Source of the DNA: an uncultured Acidimicrobiia bacterium | GTDB taxonomy: Bacteria; Acidobacteriota; Terriglobia; Versatilivoradales; Versatilivoraceae | NCBI GenBank assembly: GCA_963786955.1 | Contig: CAWBAT010000004.1 | Location: 320,001-384,000, forward strand | DNA length: 64,000 bases | Direction of reading: 5' to 3' | Shown: piece by piece, positions 32,335 to 42,119 of the stretch | Position numbering within the stretch: position 1 is the stretch's first letter | How the letters are laid out: every line of letters starts with the position of its first letter | The notes under the pieces: generated by a model | Databases searched by the model: none | Seen by the model: the letters and a program-made list of their open reading frames with translations, nothing else | Told to the model about the DNA's origin: nothing | Program-made: the position numbers and the translations under genes

Positions 32335-32563
32335 CAACAGCACGAGAAACTTCGACTAAAACCAGGCTAACTCATTGTGTTGATTCGGTATTTTCGAAAC
32401 AACCGTTTTTCAAATCCCAAGCAAATATGCAGGTGCAATCTTTCTACTCAAGAAGAACGGTCTGTCTGAAAATCCGTTTCCGGCGGCCACGGTGCGACCG
32501 CCCTATCTATTTTCGGCTTCAATTATAAGGCAATGAGACGTCGACAAATTAATAGGTGGCCAA

Positions 32564-32593
32564 GGAATAAATTTCCCCTCCTTGGGGATATAC
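32564..32593 (+). promoter_or_regulatory. Putative ECF promoter (lipid operon)
   Basis: GGAATAAAT...GGGATATAC, GGAAT-N16-GGGAT. Confidence 0.55.
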
Positions 32594-32659
32594 CTGAACA
32601 AATGAAGGAATGCGAATGGAAATGCATCGATGTTGTGTTGACCTTCTCCGGTCACCCCG

Positions 32660-33535
32660 TTGATATCTCATCTCCAATTGATTCTGGGAGAACGCGGCGT
32701 GCTCCACAGCCAGAAATTCAAGATATCCTCTAAGCCAGATTCATTCTTGCAAGAGGAAAGATACCCGACGAAGGGCGCGGCCATCCCGCAGGCAGAATAC
32801 CAAGAAGGGCGCTACCTTCTTCGATATGTAAGATCTCGTCAGGACTTGGAAGCGGCGTTGAGGCTAAGGTTTCAGGTTTTCAACCTCGAGTTGGGGGAAG
32901 GATTGGGATCGTCGTTTGCAGTGGAACGAGACGAAGATGATTATGATGCGAGTTGCCACCATTTAGTCGTGCTCGATCGGAACCAGGATCAGGTCGTGGG
33001 CACGTACCGGCTACTGACCTGGGAAGTGGCAACAGAAACGAGAGGGTTTTATTCAGCTACGGAGTTCGACCTTTCATTGCTCCCTTCCGGGGTATTGAAA
33101 AGGTCGGTGGAATTGGGGCGAGCCTGTATTGCCAAGGAACATCGAAATACGCAGGTCCTTTTTCTCCTGTGGAAGGGGATTGCAGGATACGTGGCGTACA
33201 ACCAAAAGCGTTATCTCTTTGGGTGTTGTTCCTTAACCAGCCAAGATGAAAATGAGGGATTTCAAGCCTTCGAATTTCTTCAGCAGAACCGTCATATGCA
33301 TGAAAATTTCCAGGTCGCCACCAGGCCTGGGTTTGAATGTTTCCCTTCTGCGGAAACCTCAAACCCCATCAATGAAGTGAAACTTCCAAAACTATTCAAG
33401 ATTTACTTACGTTTTGGCGCCAAGGCCTGCAGTCCGCCAGCCATTGACCGCCAATTCAAAACCATTGATTTTCTCGTAATTTTCGACGTGGACTCCATGG
33501 AGGGCAAGACCCATCGGATGTTGTTTGGAGCTTAG
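32660..33535 (+). CDS. GNAT-fold N-acyltransferase (OlsB-like, N-acyl amino acid synthase)
   Basis: ALRLRFQVFNLEL, DEDDYDASCHHL, VGTYRL, FYSATEFDL, VELGRACI, LFKIYLRFGAK, DRQFKTID; start uncertain. Confidence 0.85.
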   Translation: MISHLQLILGERGVLHSQKFKISSKPDSFLQEERYPTKGAAIPQAEYQEGRYLLRYVRSRQDLEAALRLRFQVFNLELGEGLGSSFAVERDEDDYDASCHHLVVLDRNQDQVVGTYRLLTWEVATETRGFYSATEFDLSLLPSGVLKRSVELGRACIAKEHRNTQVLFLLWKGIAGYVAYNQKRYLFGCCSLTSQDENEGFQAFEFLQQNRHMHENFQVATRPGFECFPSAETSNPINEVKLPKLFKIYLRFGAKACSPPAIDRQFKTIDFLVIFDVDSMEGKTHRMLFGA

Positions 33536-33538
33536 ACG

Positions 33539-34342
33539 ATGCACGGGTTTTCTCATCATAGCCGAGCGATCTTCCGGGTTTTAGCACTCGGCTCGGTGAC
33601 TGCATTCTTTTATCTGTTTTGGATCACGGTTTCTCCCTTCCTTCTGGTTTCTGCAAGAGCATCGTACGCCTGGCGGAATATCAATTTCCGGCGCTGGGCC
33701 AGAGCGACTGCAGTCATCATGGGCATGAAATTCTCAGTCAGGGGAACCCCGCCACAATCCCCATTCTTCCTGGTTTCCAACCATTTGAGCTATGTGGATA
33801 TTTTAGCCTTTGCCTCTCAGGTGGATTGCCTTTTTGTCGCCAAGCACGAGGTTGCGGGTTGGCCGATCTTGGGCCATCTTTGTCGAAGCATGGGAACCAT
33901 CTTTGTCAACCGCAATTTGAGAAAGGATGCTTTGAGAGTCAATGACATTGTGGAAACGGCACTGGCAAGGGGAAAGGCCGTATTAATCTTCCCGGAAGGA
34001 ACCAGCAGTGCAGGAAACACTGTCCTGCCATTCCATTCCGCGCTTTTGGAACCCGCCGTCAAGGCCTCCTACCCCGTCTCTTTTGCCGCGGTGTTCTACC
34101 GAACGTCCCCGGGTCAAGCGCCGGCATCCTTGTCCGTGTGTTGGTGGGGTGACATGCCTTTTCTTTCCCATTTTTACAGGCTGTTACAATTGAAAACTTT
34201 CGAAGCACATGTTGTCTACGGATCTCACTCGATTCGTGAGGATGATCGAAAGACTCTTGCCCGGCGATTGCGCCAAGCCATTCAAGATGAGTTTATTTAC
34301 CTTGGAATGATAGAGGAACAATGCAAAACGACAACCCTTTGA
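33539..34342 (+). CDS. Lysophospholipid acyltransferase (PlsC/OlsA-like)
   Basis: NHLSYVD (HX4D), FVAKHEV, GTIFVNR, FPEGT. Confidence 0.9.
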   Translation: MHGFSHHSRAIFRVLALGSVTAFFYLFWITVSPFLLVSARASYAWRNINFRRWARATAVIMGMKFSVRGTPPQSPFFLVSNHLSYVDILAFASQVDCLFVAKHEVAGWPILGHLCRSMGTIFVNRNLRKDALRVNDIVETALARGKAVLIFPEGTSSAGNTVLPFHSALLEPAVKASYPVSFAAVFYRTSPGQAPASLSVCWWGDMPFLSHFYRLLQLKTFEAHVVYGSHSIREDDRKTLARRLRQAIQDEFIYLGMIEEQCKTTTL

Positions 34343-34857
34343 TCCAAGAGAATATCGATGTGTTGAAACAGGGACTGGAACTGCTGTATCAGCTCAATCC
34401 CGAAAGTTATCTAGAGACAAAGCATCCATTTTCGGAGTATGGCATCGGGAGCCACTTCCGCCATTGTTTGGATTTCTATCAGTCCTTCCTGGGCGGGGTG
34501 GTCGAGGGGAGAATTGATTACGACGACCGGGATCGGGACGAGAGGATAGAAAAGGACCGTACGATCGCCATCTCAAAGATTCAAAACACGATCCACAGGC
34601 TGGACGCACTCATACACATCGATAACCAGAAACCTCTCTTGGTCCGTTTGGAGGATGAAGCAGAACAAGAAAGCCCTTCGTCGTGGAGTTCCTCCTCTGT
34701 CCAACGCGAGCTGCAGGCCCTGGTGAGTCACACGGTTCATCACTATGCGTTAATCGCAATCATGCTCCAGCTCAAAGGCTATCTACCAGCGAAAGAGTTT
34801 GGAGTAGCTCCTTCAACACTGAAGCGATGGAGAAGCGCGGCCCTATGTGCACAGTGA
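34321..34857 (+). CDS. DinB-family protein
   Basis: IGSHFRHCLDFY, IDYDDRDR, RELQALVSHTVHHYALI, FGVAPST. Confidence 0.8.
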   Translation: MQNDNPLIQENIDVLKQGLELLYQLNPESYLETKHPFSEYGIGSHFRHCLDFYQSFLGGVVEGRIDYDDRDRDERIEKDRTIAISKIQNTIHRLDALIHIDNQKPLLVRLEDEAEQESPSSWSSSSVQRELQALVSHTVHHYALIAIMLQLKGYLPAKEFGVAPSTLKRWRSAALCAQ

Positions 34858-35627
34858 GTTGGCTCCAATCCAGTGATGGCTATGAATTACGGTGCAATCG
34901 CGATGAACGCCGCACTCGAATGCCAGGAAACGCTCCGTTGCAGCGATACCGATCTGGAGTAGCTTTCATTGCCCCTCTGGACGGAAATCACGGAGGCAGC
35001 TGGATGGCCGTGAATCAATTCCGGATCTCGTTCTGCCTTCTGAATCGTTACGTCCCTCTAAACGCCTCGCTAGATGAAAAGAAGATCTATCGAAGTCGAG
35101 GGTTGTTATTGCTCGATCTGGCGGATGCCCGTTCCCTAACTGAAGCCTGGGATCGAGCCAGTCGCTTTTCGTTGGAGGAGTATCCCCCTTTTACACTAGT
35201 AGCACTGGAACCGGATGCTCCCGCGCTTCTCTTAGATTGGACCGGACGAAGATTATTCCATCAATTCAGTGACGAAAAGCTCAAGTTGTTAGTCTCTTCT
35301 TCCTATGATCATAGAGGCGCTGAGATGGCACGCAGGGATTTATTTGACAGAATGAGGGCAGAAGCTGGGACGAGCGATACAGCATGGGTCGATGCTTTCC
35401 ATTCCAGCCACCTGCCCTATCGAGGAGCTTACTCTCCTTGTATGCATCGGGCAGACGCATCGACTGTCAGCTTCAGTTGCGTCAAAGTAGCCGGAGATCA
35501 CATTGAATTCTCTTATTCCCCCGGAGCCCCCTGCGAGCAGAAGGAATCCATCCAGAGAAGGGAAGAGGGAAAGAGTTCACAGACATTTATTCTTCCAACG
35601 GTGGTCGGATTGATGGAGGTCCGATGA
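34845..35627 (+). CDS. NRDE/TANGO2-family protein
   Basis: Start MCTVSW (N-terminal Cys), CNRDE motif, GGSW, SRGLL. Confidence 0.85.
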   Translation: MCTVSWLQSSDGYELRCNRDERRTRMPGNAPLQRYRSGVAFIAPLDGNHGGSWMAVNQFRISFCLLNRYVPLNASLDEKKIYRSRGLLLLDLADARSLTEAWDRASRFSLEEYPPFTLVALEPDAPALLLDWTGRRLFHQFSDEKLKLLVSSSYDHRGAEMARRDLFDRMRAEAGTSDTAWVDAFHSSHLPYRGAYSPCMHRADASTVSFSCVKVAGDHIEFSYSPGAPCEQKESIQRREEGKSSQTFILPTVVGLMEVR

Positions 35628-35667
35628 TCTTCGAGTCAAGAAATTTCTTGGAGAAGGGAAAAGTAAC

Positions 35668-37336
35668 ATGGCTATGATGTCCGTCGTTCTATTGCTGGGA
35701 CTGGCAGCAGGGACGCTTTTGAGCGAAGACCTCACCTGCATTGCTGCCGGCCTTATGATTGCCGACGGCAGAATCAGTTTCCTTTTTGGATCCTTCGCCT
35801 GTTTCCTCGGAATTTATGTGGGGGATCTGCTCCTGTTCTGGGTCGGGAGAGTCTTGGGGAGACCCGTATTAAAGCGAGCCCCACTCAAGTGGTTGATTCG
35901 GGAAGCAGAAGTGCAAAAAAGTTCGGCCTGGTTTTCACGCCAAGGCATAAAAGTTATTCTTGTGAGTCGCTTTGTTCCGGGCACCCGCTTGCCCACGTAC
36001 TTTGCTGCCGGGTTGCTGGCCACGAATTTTTGGAAATTTGCGCTTTACTTCCTGTTCGCTTCTTTGCTCTGGACTCCTCTTCTGGTGGGGGCCGCAGCAG
36101 GACTGGGCGGGGAGTTTACCCGGAATGCCGTCTTTATGGAAAATCATTTCGCCTTGAAATTCTTCATGGTTGGCGGCGTCCTGTTTCTGGCGACACGGCT
36201 CCTCATTTCTCTGATGAGTCACAAGGGCCGCCGCATGTTGATTTCCCGCTGGAAACGAACCATCCATTGGGAGTTCTGGCCGCCGTGGATATTTTATGTG
36301 CCGGTAGTGTGCAGCATAGGTTTTCTAGCTTTGAAGCACCGCAGCCTCACTCTGTTCACGGCTGCCAATCCCGTCATGCCTGCCGGCGGCTTCATTGGAG
36401 AATCCAAAATTGAGATCCTGCAAGGGTTGTCAGGGGCCAATGAATTTGTAGCCCGGACTGCAGCCATTGAGGCCTCGGCCAATCTCGAAGCCCGCCTGAA
36501 TCTAGCGCGGTCCTTCATGACCCATCATGGTCTGGAATTCCCGATGGTCCTAAAACCCGATGCCGGGCAAAGAGGCTCTGGAGTCGCGGTCGTTCGATCC
36601 GTCACCGAACTGGAGGGATTCCTGAGAAGTGTACGGTCAAAGACGATTATTCAGGAATACGTCTCCGGCTTGGAATTTGGAGTGTTTTACTTCCGATACC
36701 CGGATTCGACTCGGGGCCGTATTTTCTCCATAACCGAAAAACAATTCCCGACGGTCACAGGGGATGGCAAAAGCACCCTCGAACGCCTCATCCTGGCAGA
36801 CGCACGCGCCGTCTGCATGGCGCACTTCTTCCTGAAGCAACATGCTAATCGATCTGTGGGAGGTGCTGAGACCCGGAGAAAAGTTGCGATTGGTTGAACT
36901 GGGGACTCATTGCCGCGGCGCCGTCTTCCTGGACGGCGGCTGGGCCAAAACTGAAGCTCTTGAACAGGCCATCGACAGGATCAGCCAGACGTATGAGGGG
37001 TTTTATTTTGGAAGGTTCGATATCCGCGTCTCGTCTGTGGAGGATTTCAGAAAAGGTCGCAATTTTAAAATCGTTGAATTGAATGGCGTTACTTCCGAAG
37101 CCACTCACATCTATGATCCCCGAAATAGCCTTGCCAAGGCCTACCGAGTTCTGTTTCAACAATGGCAGATTGCCTTTGAAATTGGTGCTCAAAACCGATG
37201 GCGAGCTGTGCGACCGACTTCGTTATCCAAGCTGATGCGTTTGTTATTGGATTTCAAGCGAAACCGTGCGCTCTCCGCGATTCACTCCGAACAATCAAAC
37301 ACTTCCACTCTCTGCTTGAATGATCCATCTCTCTGA
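35668..37336 (+). CDS. DedA/VTT membrane domain fused to an ATP-grasp domain, frameshifted near 36853
   Basis: SEDLTCI, GDLLLFWVGR, SRFVPGTRLPTY (DedA); WEFWPPW, LKPDAGQRG, IQEYV, then GTHCRGA, FYFGRFDIR, VELNG in ORF 36842-37336. Removing one T gives HANRLWEVL. Confidence 0.85.
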
Positions 37337-37753
37337 TTCGGCTCTTTTCCAGAAGCCAGAACCACCTTGAAACAAAACAACGGCGAGAAGCATGCACCCC
37401 CATAGTTGATTCGAATGGCGTAGCGTTTGTCTCCGAACCATTCGTCCGCGTCTCTCGTCTCCCAGGGCAGCTTGCAGCGGGGCTTGCCCATTTGGACGAT
37501 GTGCCCACACTTTTCCCATGTTAAGCTTGGAAAGGTTCAGCGGGCAAATACCTTCAACCCCAAGCACCATTGCTGGAACCGAGCCAGCGCGAATCATCTT
37601 ACTCAACAGTGTGGCTCGTACCGAGTCGTAGAAGCTCTGGCTGTAAACTGGTCCGCTGGGGCCGGCCGGGCTCAAGGAAAGGGAATGCGCCCTAATAGCG
37701 CTCCCGGCTGGGCTGTATCCCTGATTGTTTGGGCATTCCCCTAAAATGATGAT

Positions 37754-39646
37754 ATGAGTGGTGAGACTACAATTCCAAATAGCCAATCCAAGAGTACCAA
37801 CGTGCTCAAGCAGTTGCCGGAAGTCTGGGCATTGCTGCGGCCACGCCGTGCCCTGCTTGCGGTGGGCCTGCTCCTTATGGCCATCAATCGAGTCTCTGGA
37901 CTCGCACTGCCGGCTTCAACCAAATTCCTGATCGACGACGTCATCGGAAGAAAACAGGCAAAGCTGCTGCTCCCGTTGGTGGCCACTGTGCTGGTCGCCA
38001 CGTTGATCCAGGGCGTGACGTCATTTGCGCTGACTCAATTGCTTTCGAAGGCTGCCCAACGACTGATTGCCGAGCTCCGCCGCAAGGTACAGGATCACGT
38101 TGGACGCCTTCCGGTCGCCTATTACGACGCCAACAAAACCGGGGCTCTCGTTTCGCGTATCATGAACGATGTGGAGGGTGTGCGAAACCTGATCGGGACA
38201 GGACTCGTGGAGTTTCTGGGAGGACTTCTGACTGCATCCATCGCTCTGGTGTTTCTCATTCGCATCAGTGCCGCAATGACCGGTGTCACGATCGCGCTCA
38301 TGCTCGTCAGTGTATTTGCGCTACGGAAAGCATTCGGGATCATCCGTCCGATCTTTCGCGAGCGCTCAAAGATCAATGCCGAGGTCAGCGGCCGGCTAAC
38401 GGAATCACTCGCAGGCGTACGCGTCGTGAAAGGTTACCACGCGGAGCAGCGCGAGCACCTGGTATTCTCAAAGGGTGTCCAGCGCCTGCTCGACAACGTA
38501 TTGCGCACGCTATCGACGTTGTCCATGATGAGCTTTTCGACGACCGCGTTGCTCGGCGTCGCCGGCGCCCTTGTAATGTGGATTGGCGCACATCAAGTTC
38601 TCTCGGGATCGCTGACGCTCGGCGGTTATTTCACTTATACCATGTTTCTGGCATTTATGGTGGCGCCGCTATTTCAAGTCGTCGGCATTGGCACACAATT
38701 GACTGAAGCGATTGCAGGACTGGAGCGCACGCGCGAAATACTCAATGAACGGCCGGAAGACGAAGACCCACGTCGAGTCGTCACTCTCTCCGAAATGGAG
38801 GGTAAGGTTGCCTTTGAGAATGTTACTTTCTCCTATGAACCAGGCAAGCCAGTGCTTATGGATGTAAGCTTCCATGCGTTACCGGGAACGGTGACTGCGC
38901 TCGTGGGGTCGTCAGGGTCCGGCAAGTCCACCATCATCGGGTTGGTCGCCGCATTTCACGTGCCTTCGTCAGGGCACATACTGGTAGATCATGTCGATCT
39001 CTCAACCGTTCGCCTCGATTCTTACCGCACGCGTCTCGGTGTGGTACTCCAGGAATCATTCCTTTTTGACGGCAGCATCCGCGAGAACGTCGCCTTTTCC
39101 CGCCCGGGCGCGAGTGAGAAAGAAATTCTGAACGCGTGCCGAATCGCGCGCGTAGACGAATTTGCGGAGCGCTTCCCGGAGAAGTATGACACGGTGATCG
39201 GCGAGCGTGGTGTCAAGCTGAGTGGTGGTCAGAGGCAACGGGTGTCGATCGCACGTGCTGTCCTGGGCGATCCGCGCGTCCTGATTCTCGACGAAGCTAC
39301 CTCGAGCCTGGACTCCGAGTCTGAAGCGCTGATCCAGGAGGGCTTGGCAAAACTGATGCGTGGGCGCACCACGTTTGTCATCGCGCACCGGCTGTCGACC
39401 ATCCGGCGGGCCGATCAGATTCTTGTTGTTGAGGCAGGAAAGATTGCGGAGCACGGCACTCATCAGTCGTTATTCGCTGCAGGAGGACGCTATTACGAGC
39501 TCTATACAAAGCAGCATGGCCTTGAGTCCAATTTGTTCCTTGCCCCCGGTGAAGGCGATGTGATGGAGCCGGCCGAGGCTCAAAGCATCACAGCCTCACC
39601 AGCCAGTCCGGATCTCCTGCGCCTGCTTCGCGACCGCCCGGGCTAA
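37754..39646 (+). CDS. ABC exporter, fused permease/ATPase (MsbA-like)
   Basis: TM domain; GSSGSGKST, LSGGQRQR, LILDEATS, IAHRLST. Confidence 0.93.
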   Translation: MSGETTIPNSQSKSTNVLKQLPEVWALLRPRRALLAVGLLLMAINRVSGLALPASTKFLIDDVIGRKQAKLLLPLVATVLVATLIQGVTSFALTQLLSKAAQRLIAELRRKVQDHVGRLPVAYYDANKTGALVSRIMNDVEGVRNLIGTGLVEFLGGLLTASIALVFLIRISAAMTGVTIALMLVSVFALRKAFGIIRPIFRERSKINAEVSGRLTESLAGVRVVKGYHAEQREHLVFSKGVQRLLDNVLRTLSTLSMMSFSTTALLGVAGALVMWIGAHQVLSGSLTLGGYFTYTMFLAFMVAPLFQVVGIGTQLTEAIAGLERTREILNERPEDEDPRRVVTLSEMEGKVAFENVTFSYEPGKPVLMDVSFHALPGTVTALVGSSGSGKSTIIGLVAAFHVPSSGHILVDHVDLSTVRLDSYRTRLGVVLQESFLFDGSIRENVAFSRPGASEKEILNACRIARVDEFAERFPEKYDTVIGERGVKLSGGQRQRVSIARAVLGDPRVLILDEATSSLDSESEALIQEGLAKLMRGRTTFVIAHRLSTIRRADQILVVEAGKIAEHGTHQSLFAAGGRYYELYTKQHGLESNLFLAPGEGDVMEPAEAQSITASPASPDLLRLLRDRPG

Positions 39647-39841
39647 AGCGTTGACATGGGCCAGCCAGCATCACGGCAAATCCCAAAGTCAATGGGCAGA
39701 TGGATGATTTTTCAGGCCACGCTGCCTGCTCGCCCATGCCCCTTGTTCCGCTGAGATTCCTAATGACTTGTGGAGCCTTCCCCTGTGCCGGAGGACCTTC
39801 CTGGCTTCACGCCTCTATATGACACGGTGCACAAATTTGCT

Positions 39842-40243
39842 TCACAATTTGCTTCCGATCAATGGGATTTCACTTCGACGAATGAAAAGGATGGCTACGC
39901 AAGCGACAAAGACAACCATGGCAAGTGTAAATAACTCTCCCCGGTCATCTACTGCCGGGAGCGTGATTCCAAGTTTCGTCAAGTGGCTAAGAATTGCTCC
40001 ACTGATCACAGCAAGTGATAGCAAGGCCCCGAGCGTGACCGTTGCAGGAATGACCAATAGAATTGACGCGACTAACTCGACCACACCGGATCCAATTCTC
40101 CCCCAGGGTTCCAATCCGAGCGTTGAAAAAATATAAACAGACTCCTTCGCGCCGGAGAATTTAAAGAACAAAGTCTGAAAGAAAATGGCTGCGGCAATGA
40201 GCTGAAGGATCCAACTCGTAATATTTCGAGTTTTGGTCAGCAT
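39842..40243 (-). CDS. DoxX-family membrane protein
   Basis: QTLFFKFSGA, EPWGRIGSGVVEL, GAILSHL; four TM segments. Confidence 0.85.
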   Translation of the reverse strand: MLTKTRNITSWILQLIAAAIFFQTLFFKFSGAKESVYIFSTLGLEPWGRIGSGVVELVASILLVIPATVTLGALLSLAVISGAILSHLTKLGITLPAVDDRGELFTLAMVVFVACVAILFIRRSEIPLIGSKL

Positions 40244-40315
40244 GGTGTGTCTAAAGCCTCCTTCGACTCGAAGACTCGTCCCATCCCAGGAAAAAATCGG
40301 GAAAACATTAATTCC

Positions 40316-41179
40316 TCATCCTCCGGTCTCGAATCCGGGGTAGAGAGTCATTCCGCCATCAATAAACATGGTGGCGCCGGTCATGTAGTCCGAATCATCC
40401 GAGGCCAGCCAAACCGCCGCTCGGCCGATCTCGTCGGGTTCACCGATCCGCTTATACGGAATAAGCCGCATGAGGTCCTTGTAGGCCTCCGGAGTATCCC
40501 AAGCCTGCATATTAATCGGCGTTCGGATGGCTCCGGGTGCAATGCTGTTCACTCGAATCCGGTGCGGAGCCACCTCCTGGGCGATACTCTTCATCATTAA
40601 CATCACTCCGCCCTTCGAGGCGGCATAGTTCACGTGACCTGCCCAGGGAATAACCTCATGCACTGAACTGATACAAATTATTTTGCCGGCAGCAGCAGAC
40701 ACCCCTGGACGGATTCCTTGGCGCTTGAAGTTCCGCACGGCTTCGCGCGAGCAAAGAAATTGCCCGCGCAGGTTGATGTTGATGACCTGGTCCCATTGTT
40801 CCACTGTCATCTGATCAATAGGGGCATCCTTCTGAATCCCTGCATTATTGATGACGATGTCTACTGCACCGAACTGCTTCACCATCTGGGAAAACATGGC
40901 GAGCACTTGCTCTTCCTGGCTCACATCAGCCTGGAAAGCAAGGGCTCGACTGCCGGCTTGCTCGATCTCAGCCACAACCTTGTCGGCTTCAGCCGTGTTC
41001 CTGCCACAATTCACCACGACATCCGCGCCGGCCTGCCCAAGGGTTATGGCGATGGCTTTCCCAATGCCAGAACTCGCTCCGGTCACGAGTGCCTTTTGTC
41101 CTTTGAGCACCTTGTTCGGTAGACGTAGAGGCATCTCTTCATCCTTTTGACTGGTTTCATTTGAAGGCGTCATTTGCAT
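40316..41179 (-). CDS. SDR oxidoreductase, glucose 1-dehydrogenase-like
   Basis: TGASSGIG, NNAG, SSVHEVIPW, YAASK, PGAIRTPIN. Confidence 0.9.
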   Translation of the reverse strand: MQMTPSNETSQKDEEMPLRLPNKVLKGQKALVTGASSGIGKAIAITLGQAGADVVVNCGRNTAEADKVVAEIEQAGSRALAFQADVSQEEQVLAMFSQMVKQFGAVDIVINNAGIQKDAPIDQMTVEQWDQVININLRGQFLCSREAVRNFKRQGIRPGVSAAAGKIICISSVHEVIPWAGHVNYAASKGGVMLMMKSIAQEVAPHRIRVNSIAPGAIRTPINMQAWDTPEAYKDLMRLIPYKRIGEPDEIGRAAVWLASDDSDYMTGATMFIDGGMTLYPGFETGG

Positions 41180-41281
41180 GTGTCAATCCTCGTTCGATTA
41201 ATAGCCATCGCTCTCAAGTGCCAATTTCATGAAAACACCTTGATGACATCCTTCGCTTCTTTCAACCTTGGCTTCATCGCT

Positions 41282-41776
41282 TTACTCTTGCGCCTTTTTG
41301 TCTTGGTTGAGGATCTTGGGCCAATTCTCGTCCGCTTTTTTGATGTTTTCTGGAATATTGCTTCCCCAGAGGTTTGCTGCCACCCAGCCATTGTTGAGAT
41401 ACAGCTTGCCATCGACAATTTTCCAGGCTTTGGGACTGATATCGGCTGTATGTCCCTTGCTCACCGCGTAGGCGCAGTATCCTCCATACTGGGGGGCATA
41501 CTGACTGGGGTTTTCAATGAAGCGGTCACGATTGGCAGCGCTTGAGAAATACCACTTCGCTCCCATCCATTGGTATTCGAAGTCTTTCTTTCCTTTTATA
41601 GGTTTACCCTCCGTAAAATAGGCGACCGGGTCAAATTCTTTGATTGCCACCCCGTCTGAATTCTTGTTGGCCGAATCGACGGCAAAAGCAATGCCGAAGG
41701 GCAGCAAAAGCGTGATCCAGGTTGCGAAACTGAATTTTGTGACGTGAGATGAGTTAACCAGCAATCCGGACCTCAT
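41282..41776 (-). CDS. Secreted YHS-domain protein
   Basis: Signal peptide; FDPVAYF, YAPQYGGYCAYAV, WKIVDGKLYLN, ADENWP. Confidence 0.85.
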   Translation of the reverse strand: MRSGLLVNSSHVTKFSFATWITLLLPFGIAFAVDSANKNSDGVAIKEFDPVAYFTEGKPIKGKKDFEYQWMGAKWYFSSAANRDRFIENPSQYAPQYGGYCAYAVSKGHTADISPKAWKIVDGKLYLNNGWVAANLWGSNIPENIKKADENWPKILNQDKKAQE

Positions 41777-41821
41777 ATCGATCTCCTTCGGCGAACCCTC
41801 TTAGGTGTTGCTTTACATCTA

Positions 41822-41851
41822 TTGAATGCCTGAAACCTCGAGAAATAATCC
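41822..41851 (-). promoter_or_regulatory. Putative ECF promoter (YHS-SDR-DoxX)
   Basis: GGATTATTT...GGCATTCAA, same spacing as at 32305. Confidence 0.55.
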
Positions 41852-41984
41852 CGCTCGAGAAAATAAGCTAATACAAACGCATTATGTATTGTTACGAATC
41901 ACCCACGCCTCGCTTGGCAGCGTGGCTTCCAGCTATTGGTGATAAAGGAGGGTCGATCTCCAGCGAGACTCAATCATCGACGTA

Positions 41985-42080
41985 GTAGGGGACAGGCCTC
42001 GTGGCCTGTCCAGTGGCTGCAAGCCAAAATCAGCCACGCCACAGCGTGGCCTGCCGACAGGCCAGGAGGCCTGTCGCTAC
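41985..42080. repeat. GTAG-type REP doublet (REPIN-like)
   Basis: GTAGGGGACAGGCCTCGTGGCCTGTC ... GACAGGCCAGGAGGCCTGTCGCTAC. Confidence 0.75.
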
Positions 42081-42119
42081 CAAGCATGGGGTGGACAACC
42101 TGCCGCCGACAACCGATCC

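Noticed and set aside
37681-37740. ECF motif upstream of the ABC exporter
   Set aside because: GGAAT and GGCAT are both present but at the wrong spacing
41282-41776. YHS protein as a selenoprotein
   Set aside because: The GGYC position is a Cys codon; no in-frame TGA
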